Assembly (NCBI RefSeq): GCF_000829235.1
Contig: NZ_AP012549.1
Coordinates: 1,890,001-1,922,000 of the forward strand
DNA: 32,000 bases
DNA from: a cyanobacterium endosymbiont of Epithemia turgida isolate EtSB Lake Yunoko
GTDB lineage: Bacteria; Cyanobacteriota; Cyanobacteriia; Cyanobacteriales; Microcystaceae
Direction of reading: 5' to 3'
Part shown: piece after piece, positions 30,093-32,000 of the stretch
Position numbering within the stretch: the first letter of the stretch is position 1
Layout: every line of letters starts with the position of its first letter
The notes under the pieces: model-generated
The model's input: the letters and a program-made list of their open reading frames with translations, nothing else
Databases searched by the model: none
What the model was told of the DNA's origin: nothing
Program-made: the position numbers and the translations under genes

Positions 30093-31397
30093 ATGGTCAG
30101 AATTATTAAACTTGCTCAATTAACCTCCGAAGAACTTGCTCTCTTGCACCGACGAGCAGAAGTTGATGTCGATCAGATGCTGCCTATTGCTAAGCAGGTA
30201 ATTGATGCGATCATCGAAACTGGGGATGTCGGAGTGATTAAATATGCCCGTAAGTTCGACTATTCAGAGGCATCGGTAGACAACATTAGGGTGACAGAAC
30301 TAGAATTTGCTCAAGCACGGGAATTAGTTGAAGCAGACGTTAAAACTGCTATCGAACAGTCGTTTCGCAACATTAAAGCTGTTCATCAAAGGCAAATGCC
30401 AGAACCAATACATCTAGCTGAAATTGATACCGGGATTTTTGCAGGAGAAAAAATTACCCCCATTCCTAGGGTAGGATTATATGTTCCTAGAGGTCGTGGG
30501 GCGTTTCCTTCAATTATGTTGATGTTGACTATTCCGGCCATGGTAGCAGGGGTAAAAAAGATTGTAGTTTGTACTCCTCCCGATAAACAAGGGAACGTGG
30601 AACCCATTTCCCTATTGGTAGCCGAAATGGCTGGGGTTAAGGATGTCTACAAACTTGGTGGAATCCAAGCATTGGGGGCGATTGCCTTGGGCACTGAAAC
30701 TGTCCCTAAAGTCGATAAACTTATCGGTCCATGCAGCATTTACGGAGCGGCCGCTAAACGAATTTTGGTCGGCAAAGTAGATGTGGGACTTCCTGCAGGA
30801 CCAAGTGAAAGTATCATCTTAGCTGATGAAACTACCGATCCTCAATTAGCCGCCGTGGACTTATTAATTGAAGCCGAACATGGTTCGGACTCGGCAGCAT
30901 TATTAGTTACCCACAGTGAAACAGTTGCTCACAAAGCCCAGAAATTTGCCTTAGAATACCTCAAAAAACTTCCTCAATGGCGCAGAGAATTTTGTGAAAA
31001 TGGATTAGCTTCTTATGGAGGAATTGTATTAACTTCAAGTTTAGAAGAATCAATTCAGTTTATTAATGATTATGCGCCTGAACATTTAGAAGTATTGGTG
31101 TCAGATCCCCTCAGTTTACTAGGAAAAATTAATAATGCTGGGGAGATTTTATTAGGGAAATATACTCCCTCTTCGGCGGCTACCTATGCCATTGGCGTTA
31201 ATGCTGTATTACCCACAGGAGGCTTTGCTCGGTCTTATTCGGCAGTGTCCGTATTTGATTTTGTCAAACGCTCGACAGTAGCTTATTTAACGTCTGAAGG
31301 CTTTGACAAAATTAAACAAACCGCCCAAACTTTAGCTAGTTACGAAGAGTTTCCCGCCCACAGAATGGCGGTTGAAGAAAGAAAAAACCTCTTATAA
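30093..31397 (+). CDS. hisD: Histidinol dehydrogenase
   Basis: The family pattern is present throughout (GLYVPRG.GAFPS...M..IPA..AGV..IV.CTPP; EAEHG.DS; PEHLE....). The track starts at ATG 30066. I prefer ATG 30093 (MVRIIKL...), which has AGGAG 8 nt upstream. Confidence 0.93.
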   Translation: MVRIIKLAQLTSEELALLHRRAEVDVDQMLPIAKQVIDAIIETGDVGVIKYARKFDYSEASVDNIRVTELEFAQARELVEADVKTAIEQSFRNIKAVHQRQMPEPIHLAEIDTGIFAGEKITPIPRVGLYVPRGRGAFPSIMLMLTIPAMVAGVKKIVVCTPPDKQGNVEPISLLVAEMAGVKDVYKLGGIQALGAIALGTETVPKVDKLIGPCSIYGAAAKRILVGKVDVGLPAGPSESIILADETTDPQLAAVDLLIEAEHGSDSAALLVTHSETVAHKAQKFALEYLKKLPQWRREFCENGLASYGGIVLTSSLEESIQFINDYAPEHLEVLVSDPLSLLGKINNAGEILLGKYTPSSAATYAIGVNAVLPTGGFARSYSAVSVFDFVKRSTVAYLTSEGFDKIKQTAQTLASYEEFPAHRMAVEERKNLL

Positions 31398-31564
31398 GTC
31401 TTGCAAGTCTCAGAACGGACAAGAAACTTAAAGTTAACTCGGACCGGACCGTCAATAAAATCATAACGTTACCCGATCTCGTCTTGATAGAGTAACGCTA
31501 TTGATTGTAGTTATGTTTTGATCTTGTCACCAAATACTCTAACTTCTGTCAGTACAAACCACTA

Positions 31565-32000
31565 CTACATACCCCGATCCATTTCTACTTCAGTGTTAGG
31601 TGCCAAGGGAGGTAAGCTAACATCAGGACGATCCCAATCAATGTCGGTCCTTTCAATGAGGGCTACTTCTCTTAAGTCTAGACGAGAAACCCATGCGGGC
31701 ATGGCATAATCATAGAGCAACTCGAATTTCTCCACATCATCACTGAGGATAACCCATTTGTTATCAACTATTTTCATGATTACGTCAGAGCCTGCCACTA
31801 AAGTTGGCCAGCGCTTAGGGAGACGAGTGGTGATACGCCACACCTCATCATCCCCAATTTGAACATAGGGAGGCGATATAGTTTGGACTTGAGCTACATC
31901 ACCGGTCACACCCCGGATACGTCCAATAGCATAGTCTTCAAACTTGAACTTAACCCAGTCTTGTTGATAAACTTCGATGGGATCTTCTAGTTCATGACCG
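31565..32000 (-). CDS. Conserved-looking protein of unknown function; 5' end outside the window
   Basis: The track lists 114 aa from GTG 31909. My translation shows the frame stays open to base 32000 (..GHELEDPIEVYQQDWVKFKFEDYAIGRIRGVTGDVAQV...). GC content is normal and the stop is TAG. I could not assign a family. Confidence 0.65.
   Translation of the reverse strand, partial: GHELEDPIEVYQQDWVKFKFEDYAIGRIRGVTGDVAQVQTISPPYVQIGDDEVWRITTRLPKRWPTLVAGSDVIMKIVDNKWVILSDDVEKFELLYDYAMPAWVSRLDLREVALIERTDIDWDRPDVSLPPLAPNTEVEMDRGM

Overview
This looks like a cyanobacterial chromosome segment. The evidence is two HIP1 octamers (GCGATCGC at 8753-8760 and 25214-25221), a DnaK3-type dnaK with its partner dnaJ, sqdB, and a small gene that appears cyanobacteria-specific. 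I accept 14 intact-looking genes, nearly all housekeeping: a 7TM-HD membrane hydrolase (partial), HU, prfC, dnaK, dnaJ, ispH, a 70-aa conserved protein, a DUF1460-like amidase-fold protein, a PhzF-family protein, ychF, sqdB, accD, hisD and one partial unknown. Together they cover only about 14.8 of 32 kb (~46%). The remainder is long, ORF-free, very AT-rich DNA; spot counts give 10/60 G+C at 12541-12600 versus 28/60 inside dnaK. By hand translation two pseudogenes in this DNA are recognisable: a FepC/FecE-type ABC ATPase at 11825-12422 and a MoaD at 20813-21063. Several shorter frames are stop-interrupted or lack a start codon. The pattern fits a genome undergoing reductive evolution, for example a recently host-restricted cyanobacterium, but the organism cannot be assigned from this sequence alone. 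I found no tRNA, rRNA, CRISPR array, transposase, integrase, toxin-antitoxin pair or recognisable defence system, and I do not claim a novel protein system. Five structures are left unexplained by the genes: (1) a nested inverted-repeat element with CCGTTA repeats upstream of dnaK; (2) seven inverted repeats of 15-37 bp, perfect or with one mismatch or wobble, most of them orphaned in the AT tracts, including a 37-bp stem bracketed by two convergent stop codons at the end of sqdB; (3) a GC-rich compound hairpin with a T tract in the middle of a 4-kb AT tract; (4) twin 14-bp palindromes sharing a CAATTAATTG core; (5) an in-frame 12-bp tandem repeat at the 5' end of prfC.
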